This document shows, piece by piece, positions 49,101-60,726 of a DNA stretch of 64,000 bases. This DNA comes from Magallana gigas (Eukaryota): assembly GCF_963853765.1 (NCBI RefSeq), contig NC_088853.1, positions 45,260,001 to 45,324,000 on the forward strand, read 5' to 3'. The notes beneath the pieces are model-generated. The model did no database searches and was not told the DNA's origin. It saw only the letters and a program-made list of their open reading frames with translations. Position 1 is the stretch's first letter. Each line of letters opens with the position of its first letter. A program made the position numbers and the translations under genes.

Positions 49101-49647
49101 TGGCTCAATGTGCAACAACAGTAAAACAAGTGCCCTCCAAAAAATGAAAAGTAATGAAATAATCGAGTTAACATGAATGCGTGGAACAGTTAAAGCGTTT
49201 TACTGCAATCTTAGGCGGTCGTCGTACATCGTTAGAATCGATGCCGTCCCCTTCTGCTTTTAGAATACTTAATTTCCTCTCATTGAGCTGAATGTTTGCG
49301 GTATTGACAGACAAAAAGCTTCTGCCAGAGTTAAAGAATGACCTTACACTCTCTGAACGAAGGAGAGAGAAAAACGAGACGAAACTGTTAGAGTCACGGT
49401 CGTAGAGACCTTTCAAACCAACNNNNNNNNNNNNNNNNNNNNNNNNNNNNNNNNNNNNNNNNNNNNNNNNNNNNNNNNNNNNNNNNNNNNNNNNNNNNNN
49501 NNNNNNNNNNNNNNNNNNNNNNNNNNNNNNNNNNNNNNNNNNNNNNNNNNNNNNNNNNNNNNNNNNNNNNNNNNNNNNNNNNNNNNNNNNNNNNNNNNNN
49601 NNNNNNNNNNNNNNNATAAATTGATAGTTCAATCAATTGTTGAAATG

Positions 49648-49732
<85 letters not shown>

Positions 49733-52700
49733 ATTTGAAGTGGAATTATCGGATTATAACGTTCAGATTATTAAAATTTGTCATATTTTGTCCACTGATT
49801 AATAAAATAATAATAAAAACCTCTCGTTTTGTCGTTAAAAAAGGCGCAGTTACATGTATATTCTACATTTATTCAATCGCAAGAAGGATTTCTTGGAAAG
49901 TTTTTTCGTTATTATCAAGCTAAATATTTCACAGGGTTGTTGAGCGGAGCTCTTTAGACTTTCTGTATTCTTTCGGAACACCTTAGTGTAGGGGTTCGAG
50001 AAAATACAGAAATTTTTGGGACATCCGCGAATGGTACAAATGATATTGATGCAGCGTGGGATAATATACGGTACAGCATCAAACCATCACATGTTTTACC
50101 TCGTACTCGTTTTGAGGACGACACTATAATAATAACACAGTTGCATCTTTGACAACTTGAACGCTGTCTGCTTGTATATATTTCGATTGTCGAGCAGAAA
50201 GCTTGTAAAGTGGTTCATGCATAATGTAAATCGGTTAGTTTTACCATTACTTATTGTGTCAACCATTATGTATTATGTCGATGTGTTCATCGGTTACTTC
50301 AGTGAAGTCATAAAACTCTGGTAAAAACACGTTTTTCGGCAAGTGACTGCGATAAACCAATTATTTTCTTACAACTTTTAGGAGTTAAAAGATATGCATG
50401 TATGCAGTAATAACAATAACAAAATTCTACTTTATTTACATGATTTATCGTCTTAATCGCCTACTTTTGCGAATTTTTGAATTTTAATAGATTTTGAACT
50501 ACTCTCTTTTCAGCACTCCTCGGTTGTTTACAAAGCTTCCGGTAGGCGTAGCATCGCTTTGTATATACAGGATATCGTCGAAAATGCTCGCTCAAGGCTA
50601 TAGATAATGCTTACCGTGGACAAACTCGTCGAAATCTACGTGTTTTCACGAAAAATAGTATTTCTTAATTAGTCTACCTATTAGAAAAGAAAAACGCTTT
50701 AGTTTTTGGAGGTATGGAAACGAAGATAATAAAAACAGCTTGAAAATAGCTTGAAAACAGACGGTTGTCAATAGAATGATGTATACGTAAATGGTAACGC
50801 GTTTGGTAATATATGTATTTTCTTCACAAAAGTTTGAAGGAGCCAATCAGAATAAAGTATGAAGTTCTCATGAGAATGAGAGAAAATAATCGAGTTAACG
50901 ATTTTAGTAAGCTACACTGCAATGTCCGGAAGTTTGGTTTTAAAACCATTTTAACAAGAGCTTGGACTTTGGGTAGTTGTGTCAAACAACAATATGACGT
51001 AGGCCTGTCTATTTCATTGCTGGCCACTCAGCAATCCCTCTTTGAAATCAACAAGATTTGTCTGGCTTTTAAACTAAGACTACGCAATCGGTGTATATTT
51101 CGCTTGAAACCGCGTCATTTTTAACTTGTTTTGACGCAAGAAATAGATAGCTACGCCCTACTGAAAGTCCAAGGTCTTGTTAAAATGGTTCTAAATGACA
51201 ACAACAGCTACAATAAGCAGAATCTTTGGAAAAATCTCCAAACGTTATAAGACAATTTGTTCAGAATAAGTGTAGATTAGGGTTCTCCTGAATTCGATAT
51301 CTACCCTTGGAGTTTTTTAAAATTACACTAAACTCAACATTTACAAACGATAAAAGAGAAGCAGTTAGTTCTTGTTTTAATCAAATAATACAGAGTCCAT
51401 GTATTCCAGTTTAGATTTCATAGTCATTATCCGTCCCACCTCTCTCATTTATTGATAGTTCTATTTACGCAACAATGTGTGCAAACTTGCAGAACTTGAG
51501 GGCCATCTGTTCTGTTATTTTTAAGGATAAACACTCGAGGGGTTCCACCGTAGCATGCTAACACCAACTGTTCGTTTATAGCTGGGCGGTTTTTGTTTAT
51601 TTTTTTCTCCTTCTCTCTTACATTCCCTGCACACCGTCTGGAAACATAAAAACTTTCATCCGACTCTACCAAAATGGAAAAAAAGATTTATTGAAGTACA
51701 TGTATCGGAATGTTTAGCATTTCTAATACCGTGGTACCCGAACGTACAAAATCTAAAATAATGGAGGGGGGGGGGGGGGGGGGTGGTAAAAAATTCAATT
51801 TAAGGTAAATCGTTAGGGGGAGGGGTTGTAGGAATATAAAGATACAAAGGGTGTTTGTCATTTGATATCGATATGACATAAACAGAGGTGATCATAAATG
51901 GAATTTTTTAATCATTAACAAAGAAAGCAGCTATATATAGTGTAATAAAAGCAAGTACTTGATAATAAAAACTTGGGCAAATTCAATAATTCTAGTAATC
52001 TTTATGAAAACTATGTCAATTATTTTTTTTTGTCAGAAACTGAACAATATGATTGGTTTTACAACATATACATTGTACATATATAATTCAATATTAATGC
52101 TAGTCTGTAAATAACGCAGACACCACGTGGATGAATTCTGTAAGATCATCCGTCAAAAAAAAAATGGATTATGTGTAAGTAAAATGATTGACTGAAGAGG
52201 CCTGTTCTGATAACTACTCTTGGTAATCACAACACACCTCCGTTGTTTGCAATTGCAGCAAAAACATTTCATTAATCTATTGCAGCACTGTATGATCGTC
52301 CAAAGCTTAAAGTAATATTCTGGACCAGAATCCATCGATGTTAATGCCAAACATCCAGGACGACGGTGCGCAATATCTAAATATTCGTATTCGCTTTTAA
52401 TTAATTTTCATCATAAATTTTCATAACAAAGCATCACCACATGACAATACCATTTGATGTACATGTAGCTATAGCATGACTAGCAGCTGTGTTCACAAAA
52501 CTTTGCAGACACTGCATCTAATATATAAAGTACAAAGATACTTGCAGAAAACATGATGTAGTACAAATAGCAATTAGATTGACATATTCTCCAATCTTTC
52601 TCTCTCAAATACTATTCAATATGTCATTGACATATTTTCTTTCTCTCTCTTTCTCTATGTCATGACATATTTTCTNNNNNNNNNNNNNNNNNNNNNNNNN

Positions 52701-55700
52701 NNNNNNNNNNNNNNNNNNNNNNNNNNNNNNNNNNNNNNNNNNNNNNNNNNNNNNNNNNNNNNNNNNNNNNNNNNNNNNNNNNNNNNNNNNNNNNNNNNNN
52801 NNNNNNNNNNNNNNNNNNNNNNNNNNNNNNNTCTAATTCAGGATCAAGAGCTGTCACAGATTTGACTCCCGTCTCTGCGGAATCTTCAGACTCCGCTCCA
52901 AGAACTGTTTATCTATTGATTGGCGGCATCTGGCATGTTACCTTGACTTACACCGAATCAGGCCTAGATTCTGTGGGTCTTCTACTCGCGAATGACGACA
53001 ACGACAACAGATCAATATAAATTACTCCCATATATAAAACTAAAAATACGATTGGTTCTGTAATCGAACTCGGAACCACTCGATAATTTTGATTGAACGT
53101 CGTCCATTGAAAGTTTGGAGTCTGAATTGCTTGTCGACATGAAAATCAAACATGAGCGAGTTTAAATTATTGTAACAAGATACGACCTACGTCTTCCCTA
53201 ATTAATTTAGTGTTTTTTCATTCACTGAATGGTCTCTGAATTGGCGGAGGTTTAATTTTGCTTGCATTCAGTTGGAACTACATTATATGGTTTCAGTACC
53301 AGAGACGAGGCTACATACAGTCATTTTACCGGTAACGAATCAGTATGCGGTTTCGTCGTGCATGCAACTATTATTATCGGAATTCCAAATGTTTTTATTT
53401 TTTGTTTAAATCGCGTTTCTTTGTCCTTCTAAATTGTAGTATCAAACTTCCGAAAATATAAAGGATGAATTACGGAGACAGTAATTTCAACACCCTCTCC
53501 ATTTTCCTAGTTTCCAATTCGTTTCCCAGTATCGAATTAAGCGCCCTTTATCACTTCTGACCGAATATTTTGAGGCGAATTAATTTCAAAAATTATTGGA
53601 GGTACATGTTAATGGACTTATAAATGAAGAAGGAAAAACAATTGTGGGAATATGTCATTTAAACAAATAATATGATCGTTATTTTAATCATACCGTTTTC
53701 CCGTCAAATTGAAACTGGACTTGAACAGTTTTCATTTGCGTTACTTTTTAATATTGAATTTTCATAAAAACACTTAATAGTAGTAGTTGCCATTTTCCTT
53801 TGTTTTTCCCGTATATCTATCAATATATGCAGCCAAATAATACTTCTGTCGCAATGAACTGAAACTAGGAAAACTACACGTGGTTCTATTTGAAGTCGTG
53901 ATTTCATTCAAAGCTCCATTATTAGTTGATATGATGCATTATCTTTTTAAACGAATTATATTTACTAATTATCCACTAAATAGGGATCAATAACAAACTT
54001 ATTTTCATAGTTAGGCTTAATTGTTTTCACACTTTCGTTTTTTCTGCTTTGAACTTCCGGCAGCTCATATCTGGGTCACATTTTTTATTTGTAAACAACT
54101 CGGTAAATAATCGTGCAAATGGCAAACAACTTCACGCACTGATAGAATATTTATTTCTGTTTTATAATTACCTATAGCTAGGATTTTTTAAAACCTCAAC
54201 TTCGTCTTCCACTAATAATTTTTCTAAAAATTATTCAATACTGGCAAATATTCGTTACCGGTAAAACGACTGTACCGGACCAGTCGGTTCGTATTCAGAC
54301 AATCTGTACATTACGTATAACGCTTCATTGTTTTACTTCATTGTTTTACGGTAAATTATTCTCTATCTTCAAAAAATTATAAATGCAATAAAACATTTGG
54401 TTTTAATAAAATAATTAGACATAGGACATAGCTCTTTCATTTTGAAGTGCATGCCGATGGAAATCATGTACGGGAAATCTCGCCATTTGTTCGGGATGTG
54501 GCCGTCTCGAATTATGCATTCACTGTCAATACCAGAACCCCATGGCCTGATCCCGATGTCAGTTTCCCCCGAGCTTGTAAGTTGACGGTTGTCGATATCA
54601 GCCGGAGACTTGGGCGAAGTGATGTCTTAATCCGGAGATGACGTCATCTACGTCAATTACCGGGTTCGGAAATCGACATCCTGTTACACGCAGGATTAAG
54701 GTATTCTCCAAACAATCTGGTAGACATGCAAAACTCCAGAACCAGGGCCTGTTGACGACGTGCCGCATAATGGAGAGGCTCCAAAAATAGAAAACCCTAT
54801 TTAGTGACCGCTAAATTCAGATGACAAGCACTGAGGGTGCTTACAATGTAGAAGATTAGCAGTTGCTTGTGATATTTGCAAACTGAAATACATTGTAATA
54901 ATTTTAATATTTTTTTTTTAAAATATTTTTTAGAAGAATAATCCCATTCTGACATTATTTGAAATACAAAATTTTTTCAATTTCGAATAGTCGAAAAGTC
55001 GAATAAAATGTTATTTTCGTTTTTTCATCAATTAAAACACACAGTGACAAAAATGGGGCAATTTGCAACCTAAATAAGCTGAACTTTAAGAGGAAGTTTA
55101 CATATGTAAGTTAAAAAAAAACAAAACTCAACACCTTGTCTGTAAGGGCCTGAGAAGTTACGATTGCATCTACATGTAAATGTTTAATTTGTAACCACAA
55201 AAGAACCCCAAAATCCCAAGAAACACAATTTCCCTTGAATTTCACGAGATAGATGTTGCATTATGTAGCAGATGACAATGAAATTAGTGGTTTTTGGTTA
55301 GAAACCAGAAATAAAGAGATTTCTGTTTTTCAGTTCTGACAACTTGTCAGCCCGGTGTAACACATTGTTACTGTGGTAGTCTCCGTGTCCGCGAATGTAT
55401 GGAGTCTATATCCGAAGGTGACCGGTGGAATTCAATTTGTACATCTATTATGAAATTAGAAAGAGAGCGATTCCGCAGCAATAACACAAAGCGTCATTAT
55501 CACCAAAACGGAGTTCGTTTTCCCGCGCCCGGCTGGAATGATGGTCGGGTGATATAGCGGCCGTGAAAGTGTTATCTTTTCTAAGATCGATTGTATTTAT
55601 TTTTATGAATAGAAACGTTTTGACGGATATGGTTTTTCCTTTTCTTGGCTTAAATGTTTCCCAAATGTGTTGTATGTCTATTTTTACACGAATAAACCAT

Positions 55701-57257
55701 TATAAACTATGAGTTAGCACCGCTCCGTAATGTGCGTGGCTTGGATTATTTTACGCTGTTCTGAAAAATCCTATGTGCGGCTCTTTCTATGGTAATGTGT
55801 GAAAATACTTATTTCAGGCATTGTGATGAAAGTATATTTTCAATCTTCTTCAAGTTGAAATTGCCAAACTGTGGTTGGTTTGCAAACGACCCGCCCTTTA
55901 AATATTTGATTTTGTCCTTGACCTTTAATCATGTACAGGTCAAAGTTGAGAAAGTCTTAATTTTAGGCGACTATTTCTAGCTTAACTGGCAATCTTCATA
56001 AGTATCAAACAAAGTAAACAGTTTTAAATTAAACGGTAATGAATCGTTTAATCTGCAAATGAAAAAAATCTCAAAAATTATAATCGATCAATAACATTAG
56101 TGATGTGAGTACCAGGTTTTCAAGTATAATGACATATGATATATACCATGGTATGAAAATGTCGCCACGGGTTTTACAATACGTTATAAACATTTCATTT
56201 AAACCAAATAAGTAAAAAAGTAACCCAGTCAGACTGACTCCAATTGGAGTCAACGATATTTTCAACAATTTAGAATTCTCTTTGACAAAAATGTATTGTA
56301 AATTCATTCTAGATCTGCTATCAAAAACATTTACCAAAAAGTGGTCAATATTAAACAATCTTAATAATCTCCACGCTATGAAAAAAATATAGGGTTCTAG
56401 ACATTTTAACCACCTTTTAACCCCATCCCAAACTAAAATGAATATTTTATAATCAACGCTGTTCAGTTTGGAAGATGATCAGAGATGTCTGCAGCTGAAT
56501 GTAGTTTTTAACATGATCTGTGCATGAAAGAGTGAGTCGCAAATCATTATTGCGGAAAAGGCATTGGCAGAAAATTGACGTTTATTAGGTTAGTTTCTTT
56601 TGATGTCGGGAGTTCTCAGATGTGACAAGATTTCGGGTTGTTACATGTTATCGTGCTGTATATGAACAATTGGTTTTGTCTTCAGACGATTTCTTAAAAT
56701 TTCATCCTTCGGGGGGAAAGAAATTGACTTCTGATTCGAATCCTCGTACAAATTAATCATTTTTTAAACTGGAATAAATACTTTACGTCATAGTTATACG
56801 AGAAATCTTTACTTATATCTTATGTGTACTACGAGGATCAGACTGAAGCGGAAAAAGTTTTCATGCCAGTCATTTTTATTTATTTTGAACAAACCTTTAT
56901 AAACATTAACTTCAATTATTATTATTATAATATCTCTTTAGTTTCTTCTTCCTTTTCTTTTTTTCCCTCTTTTTTCTTTGTAATTAGTTATTTCATGCTT
57001 TTTGTAGATCTAAAGATTATGGGATCGATAGAATTTATAGAGAATAAGAGATTATTGGTTCTGCCGTATGATGTTCAGAAAACGGAAAAAGAATTCAAAC
57101 ACAGTAACCTAGATATATGCATGTGGAAAACACAGATCGACAGAAAACACTTTTTTTAGTAATGTATTGTGTTGCTTTTGAGAAAATACATGATTGAAAA
57201 TGTTAGTGATTTTTATTGTTTTTGATTTTTTTTCCATTTTACCATATTTTCTATATA

Positions 57258-57304
<47 letters not shown>

Positions 57305-59039
57305 CAATGCGACCTTATCTAGTAGAAATACAATGTATCATGAAAAGAAGCTAGCTAAAGAATTAACTTTGTCGATGAATTCATAACACATTGTTTGTTG
57401 TTAAATGTCCTTTTGTAGTATGCGATTATACATCCAATCAATTTTAAGCAAAAAAAAAAATTATATTAAAAAAAGTTAAGAAAAACTATAGCTTTATAGT
57501 TATTATCTCGTTAAACTTCCGTAGGGAAATTATGTTTCATTCTAGTGTAAAATCAAATTGAACAAAATTAGCTCGTTAATTAACATTTATTGTGAACCAT
57601 TCTTGCAGAAACTCTAATACACGCCCTCTAGCGGTCTGTTTATTGCATGGGAAGTAATCTACTCCTCCTTCTGTAATAAAAGAAATTTTTAATTGGTACT
57701 TTGATAGCTGCAGGACTGTAGCCCCCGGTCTGAAAAAATTCGGATAGACGACCTGGGAGCTACAGTGCCTACCATAGGAAAAATCTGCAATTTACGGCGC
57801 ACAAAAAACTGCGCTAGTTTTGGACTTATTAACCTTATTTTCACATAAATTCTGTAAAAATAATTGAAACCATTAAATTCCTCAGTCAATTTACTACTGA
57901 TATCCTCACTTTACTTGCCTCAGACTTTCTCTTAAACATGATAACCGAACTCGGAAAATGAAGTATGTTAATTTACGTCGAGATCGAGAGTCGCCATTTT
58001 TAAATGTAAACAAACTTGCACCACTTTAATTTACAGGGCTGCTGATGGTGTTTAAAAGAATATCAGAGGCAAGTAAATGACGATATCTGTAGTAAAATGT
58101 CCGAGGAATTTTTTGGGATAAAATATTTGTACAGAATGTGATCACAAATGAGATTAATAAGTCCAAAACTAGCGCATTTTTTTTGTGCGCCGAAAATTGC
58201 AGTTTTTTACTATGGGAGGCACTGTAGCTCCCAGGTCGTCCATCCGATTTTTTTCAGACCGGGAGCTACAGTCCTGCAGCTAGTACTTTGATAAATCTAG
58301 TTTTTTGTTCATATTCATTATAGCATCATATAGGCTACAACAGCTGATTCGTGGACAGGCAATGTAGTGTAAAATGTTCGAGCTTTTGACAAATTCCTAT
58401 TTTGCCTTGAACTTCTCTTTCTCATTTTTTTTTTATACAGGACAGGCACGAAGCATCAGGGACGGGGGTAGTTGGCAGATATCCCTCAATTTTTCTCGCA
58501 GCAAACATTTTTCTTTAATTTACATGTAAATATAAGAAATTGTATCGTCATGAACTTGCCCCCTTTTTAAGAGCATGTAAAAAATGCAGTAAAAACTTTG
58601 CCCCCCCCCCCCCCCCCCCCACTTACAAGAACGATGCTATATGTACGTGCCTGAAGGAGCCCCTTGTGTGTCTCTATCTCTTGATCGCAAACCATTGCCA
58701 TTGAATTGAGTTTTCTCCTTTCGACTCTTTCATTTAAAGAAGAAATCCTCATAACTAAACAATATCACATTGTAATTAAACAACGATAATACCATTGACT
58801 TGCATGCGCTATTTAGTATTTATTGTAGAAAGACTCTGCCTATTGACTTCATATTAAGGTCAAAATTTGTAGCAATGGTTTTTGATTAATAACATGCTAA
58901 TTTCCTATAAATCTTACGATGATTTCGGGTCTGCAGTAAGACGCTAGCTTCTAGGATTGGACGAACTTACGTATTCCCGTAAATGTACTTTAAGGTTATT
59001 ATTTGTGTATCTAAATACAATAGACCATATTTAATCACA

Positions 59040-59092
<53 letters not shown>

Positions 59093-60491
59093 TTGTGCTG
59101 GTTTATCAAGATTGCAACCACACACAATGGCTAAGATTAAATGCCAACTGTTCTATTGAAAAAAAAAATGGTAAGTATCTGCAGGTTTATATGTAAACAC
59201 GTGTTTTCATCACTTCTTGCAGGCGATCGCGTGGTGTATCAGAAATATCTGGCGTAGGAAACATTAGGAAATGTGTTGCCCCTCATATCCTTCCATTATT
59301 TACATTCCACTCGGATCGTAGCTGTAGAACGGATCCGCATTCCAACATTTTGTTTATTTGATACCGAGTTCTCATAGTGTTTTCACGCCATGTCTACGAC
59401 AGAGTTGTTTGGATCTGGCAATATGGATCATAACAACAGAATCTGCTGCATTAATATATGTATAGTTTTTTTTTAGCATACGGATTTTAGAATGAGTGTT
59501 TGAAAAACTTTAGCACCCTATAATGGAAAAGGCTGAGACTGCACTTTTTTTTTTTTTTTAAATATTTTATATTGTTGTATAATAAGCTATTTCTGCATTT
59601 AAATGGCAGACATGTGAAGTATCATTGTACAAGTCCCGCATCAATTCCAGTTGTGGGAATGTGTTTGATTATGGATGTCTCTATAATCTGATATTTTTTT
59701 TTTTTGGTTTTCCATTGGGAAGTTGAACATTCGCATGTAACTAAGTTACAACGTTTTAGAAGATGGAGTTCATTTTCGAACATTTTTGCTATTGATAGCA
59801 ATAGGTTATAAAGCCGAGTTGTTGGAAGCGACTGGCTTACAGTTCAGTGCAGTCCTTTCGATTCGTAATAAAATCAAGTCCTTTGGAATGCTTCCTGACA
59901 GGGAAATTCAAACAAACGAAGCCCATTCTAAACAATGGAATGCCGTTTTCTTCTATGACGTAATCTTAGAGGTACACAACTCTCACATATTTCAAACATA
60001 TTTTACTTTTTTCTTATTCTTATACAATCTCGTAAAACTTAAAACTTTAAGCTTTATTCTTATAAAAAATGTTAAATAGTCTCATGTACATGAAAACCTT
60101 TCCTTCCTAAATTTAAGTTGTGTCATGTATTAACGTGATTAACGTGACCCGCACGTACATATAGCTTACCTTTATGCATTCCCGTGAACCTGTCCTTCAG
60201 AACAGTAAATTCGTAGATTTGTCCAAATTCTTCAAATATTGGCCTTAAATCCTTTTCTTCCAAAGTCCGCGGAATTTGTCCCACAAAAAGTTTCACAGTG
60301 TCATGACTTTTCAGTACGATTCCGGATCCAGCACCGAGTCCGTTGTGTATCTGTGTCGGGATACTTCCGTTGGTGATTTGGAGGCTCCCTGTGAGTTGTT
60401 GGGTGGGGATTGTTTGACTGTGGAGCGGGTGAGGGCGGTGGTGAATCAACTGGTCCGTCACCACCCCACCAACCAAAGACGTCATCGCCAT
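12458..60491 (-). CDS. CELF4: CUGBP Elav-like family (CELF3/4/5/6 subfamily, Bruno-like/UNC-75-like) 3-RRM RNA-binding protein; whole coding span, 12 exons
   Basis: Exons join in frame: 322+83+49+129+80+144+157+126+66+69+144+128 = 1497 nt = 498 aa + stop. Motifs KLFVGQIP...KGCAFLTYC (RRM1), [22 protein letters not shown] (RRM2), [15 protein letters not shown] and [18 protein letters not shown]...[15 protein letters not shown] (RRM3) are diagnostic of the CELF3-6 subfamily. The symbol denotes the subfamily, not 1:1 orthology. Confidence 0.96.
12715..12896. mobile_element. short MITE-like element (ATGCGCGGATCTAG termini), in CELF intron 11
   Basis: atgcgcggatctag / ctagatctgcgcat inverted termini (1 mismatch); same family as 63833-63971. 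Confidence 0.7.
12943..13086 (-). CDS. CELF4: CELF coding exon 11 (RRM3): [48 protein letters not shown]
   Basis: ttacag|GC acceptor; G|GTAGGT donor; phase 1-1. Confidence 0.96.
13570..13638 (-). CDS. CELF4: CELF coding exon 10: [23 protein letters not shown]
   Basis: atttag|CA acceptor; G|GTACGC donor; phase 1-1; resembles the linker preceding RRM3 in CELF4. Confidence 0.88.
13850..13915 (-). CDS. CELF4: CELF coding exon 9: [22 protein letters not shown]
   Basis: ttttttgatttag|CG acceptor; G|GTAAGT donor; phase 1-1; resembles the CELF4 AQSPTAADPLQQAYAG segment. Confidence 0.9.
14109..14258 (-). CDS. CELF4: CELF coding exon 8: [42 protein letters not shown](GECQVVEL); 3' end at either 14133 or 14109
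   Basis: ttgtag|GT acceptor at 14259/14258; phase-1 donor either non-canonical G|GGGAGT (14133) or canonical G|GTATGA (14109). Confidence 0.85.
14438..14594 (-). CDS. CELF4: CELF coding exon 7: [52 protein letters not shown]
   Basis: ttaacag|CAACAG acceptor (alternative AG 6 nt downstream); G|GTACGC donor; phase 0-1. Confidence 0.9.
14746..14889 (-). CDS. CELF4: CELF coding exon 6: [48 protein letters not shown]
   Basis: ttcttttag|GGT acceptor; CAG|GTACTT donor; phase 0-0. Confidence 0.96.
14976..15055 (-). CDS. CELF4: CELF coding exon 5 (RRM2): [27 protein letters not shown]
   Basis: tttttcag|GC acceptor; CCG|GTAATG donor; phase 1-0. Confidence 0.96.
15195..15323 (-). CDS. CELF4: CELF coding exon 4 (RRM2): [43 protein letters not shown]
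   Basis: ccttacag|AA acceptor; AAAG|GTTCGA donor; phase 1-1. Confidence 0.96.
17240..17247. promoter_or_regulatory. CRE palindrome TGACGTCA in a GC-richer island (candidate internal promoter)
   Basis: Exact CREB/ATF consensus ~310 nt upstream of a candidate alternative first-exon donor at 16928. Confidence 0.3.
18974..19025. repeat. (CT)n microsatellite
   Basis: about 26 dinucleotide units. Confidence 0.95.
21764..21811. repeat. (CT)n microsatellite
   Basis: about 24 units. Confidence 0.95.
25142..25208. repeat. (AG)n microsatellite
   Basis: about 33 units. Confidence 0.95.
27980..28931. mobile_element. ~950-bp non-autonomous DNA transposon with a perfect 28-bp terminal inverted repeat (includes TA target-site duplication)
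   Basis: tacgcgggggtgttaaggaagcatatgg (27980-28007) is the exact reverse complement of 28904-28931; internal 18-bp inverted repeat at 28408-28425 / 28686-28703. Confidence 0.8.
29241..29314. repeat. (CT)n microsatellite (one interruption)
   Basis: about 36 units. Confidence 0.95.
31007..31055 (-). CDS. CELF4: CELF coding exon 3: [16 protein letters not shown]
   Basis: ttttttttttcacag|ATG acceptor; G|GTATGT donor; phase 0-1; conserved CELF RRM1-RRM2 linker. Confidence 0.95.
39411..41250. repeat. 18-bp minisatellite, 102 units, (TTTGGTATATTCCA + GACC/GGGC/GACA/AACC)n
   Basis: 1840 bp = 102 x 18 + two 2-bp TA insertions (~40535 and ~40573); degenerate units continue to ~39340; source of all long 6-aa-repeat ORFs on both strands. 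Confidence 0.97.
43826..44503. mobile_element. foldback MITE copy 1 (678 bp), TA-flanked, with hairpin TIRs and internal ttgtcagataattatgtcgac-type repeats
   Basis: TIR tatggtggcatagatctgccaccacttgtcagat / atctgacaagtggtggcagatctatgccaccata. Confidence 0.9.
44587..44660. repeat. compound (CT)n(GT)n(CT)n microsatellite
   Basis: direct inspection. Confidence 0.9.
46098..46153. repeat. (GA)n microsatellite
   Basis: direct inspection. Confidence 0.9.
47157..47822. mobile_element. foldback MITE copy 2 (666 bp), same family and orientation as 43826-44503
   Basis: Same TIRs and a homologous central segment (ttctttaagtcgacttg...acgcccaatttgtgcca). Confidence 0.9.
48559..48641 (-). CDS. CELF4: CELF coding exon 2 (RRM1): [28 protein letters not shown]
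   Basis: ttccccag|GA acceptor; GGG|GTAAGT donor; phase 1-0. Confidence 0.96.
49423..49615. other. assembly gap (193 N)
   Basis: run of N. Confidence 1.
49650..49729. repeat. (TA)n microsatellite
   Basis: about 40 units. Confidence 0.95.
50944..51190. mobile_element. MITE (247 bp) with 27-bp TIRs
   Basis: aaccattttaacaagagcttggacttt (50944-50970) versus aaagtccaaggtcttgttaaaatggtt (51164-51190), 1 mismatch. Confidence 0.75.
52676..52831. other. assembly gap (156 N)
   Basis: run of N, preceded by short CT-rich tandem copies. Confidence 1.
53316..54274. mobile_element. ~960-bp non-autonomous Tc1/mariner-like element (TA + CAGTC... TIRs)
   Basis: tacagtcattttaccggtaacgaat (53316-53340) versus attcgttaccggtaaaacgactgta (54250-54274), 25 bp with 1 mismatch. 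Confidence 0.7.
54636..54649. promoter_or_regulatory. 14-bp perfect palindrome AGATGACGTCATCT (CRE core) in a GC-rich intronic island
   Basis: direct inspection; island spans ~54450-54780. Confidence 0.35.
57263..57300. repeat. (GA)n microsatellite
   Basis: direct inspection. Confidence 0.9.
57705..58282. mobile_element. 578-bp foldback element with long TIRs and a 9-bp TSD (Mutator/MULE-like, non-autonomous)
   Basis: Arms tagctgcaggactgtag...ggacttattaa and ttaataagtcc...ctacagtcctgcagcta are reverse complements over more than 120 bp; flanked by the direct repeat gtactttga (57696-57704 and 58283-58291). Confidence 0.85.
58443..58653. mobile_element. short degenerate MITE-like element (CAGGCACG...AGCATC termini)
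   Basis: caggcacgaagcatc versus gatgctatatgtacgtgcctg (inverted, 6-nt insertion); internal poly-C; a related end occurs at ~26577-26595. Confidence 0.45.
59044..59090. repeat. (GA)n microsatellite
   Basis: direct inspection. Confidence 0.9.
60170..60491 (-). CDS. CELF4: CELF coding exon 1: [14 protein letters not shown]...[47 protein letters not shown]
   Basis: ATG at 60491 with an in-frame TAA immediately upstream; RRM1 RNP2; donor AAAG|GTAAGC at 60170/60169 (phase 1). Confidence 0.95.
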
Positions 60492-60716
60492 TTACCTCCA
60501 GACTTGCTCACAAAACATGCAAACAACAGAAGAGCGCAACACAACACTGTTTCTGAAGAAACCGGGGTAGGAAGCAATGGGGAACTTTCCGATTTCCGAT
60601 GCCTTGGGAAGTAGCCAATACTAGCCCGTGTAACAATCTGTCGGCGACTACCGACTATCGAGCTACAGGTGACAACAGGCTCTCTTCACTCGGGGAAACA
60701 TACGCCGCCAGAATCG

Positions 60717-60726
60717 ACCGGAAGTG
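60717..60726. promoter_or_regulatory. ETS-family motif ACCGGAAGTG in the probable CELF promoter/5' UTR island
   Basis: Exact ETS consensus ~230 nt upstream of the ATG in a CpG-richer region (~60490-60800). Confidence 0.4.

Noticed and set aside
49168-49422. Protein-like frames flanking the gaps (49168-49422 minus; 52832-53020 plus)
   Set aside because: Truncated by N runs, no recognisable domain and no splice context; possibly TE remnants but unsupported.
59169-59185. Plus-strand consensus donors (ATG|GTAAGT at ~59171; GAG|GTAAGT at ~44805; GAG|GTAACA at ~45627) as an antisense gene
   Set aside because: Isolated donor motifs; no consistent chain of exons with an open frame could be built.
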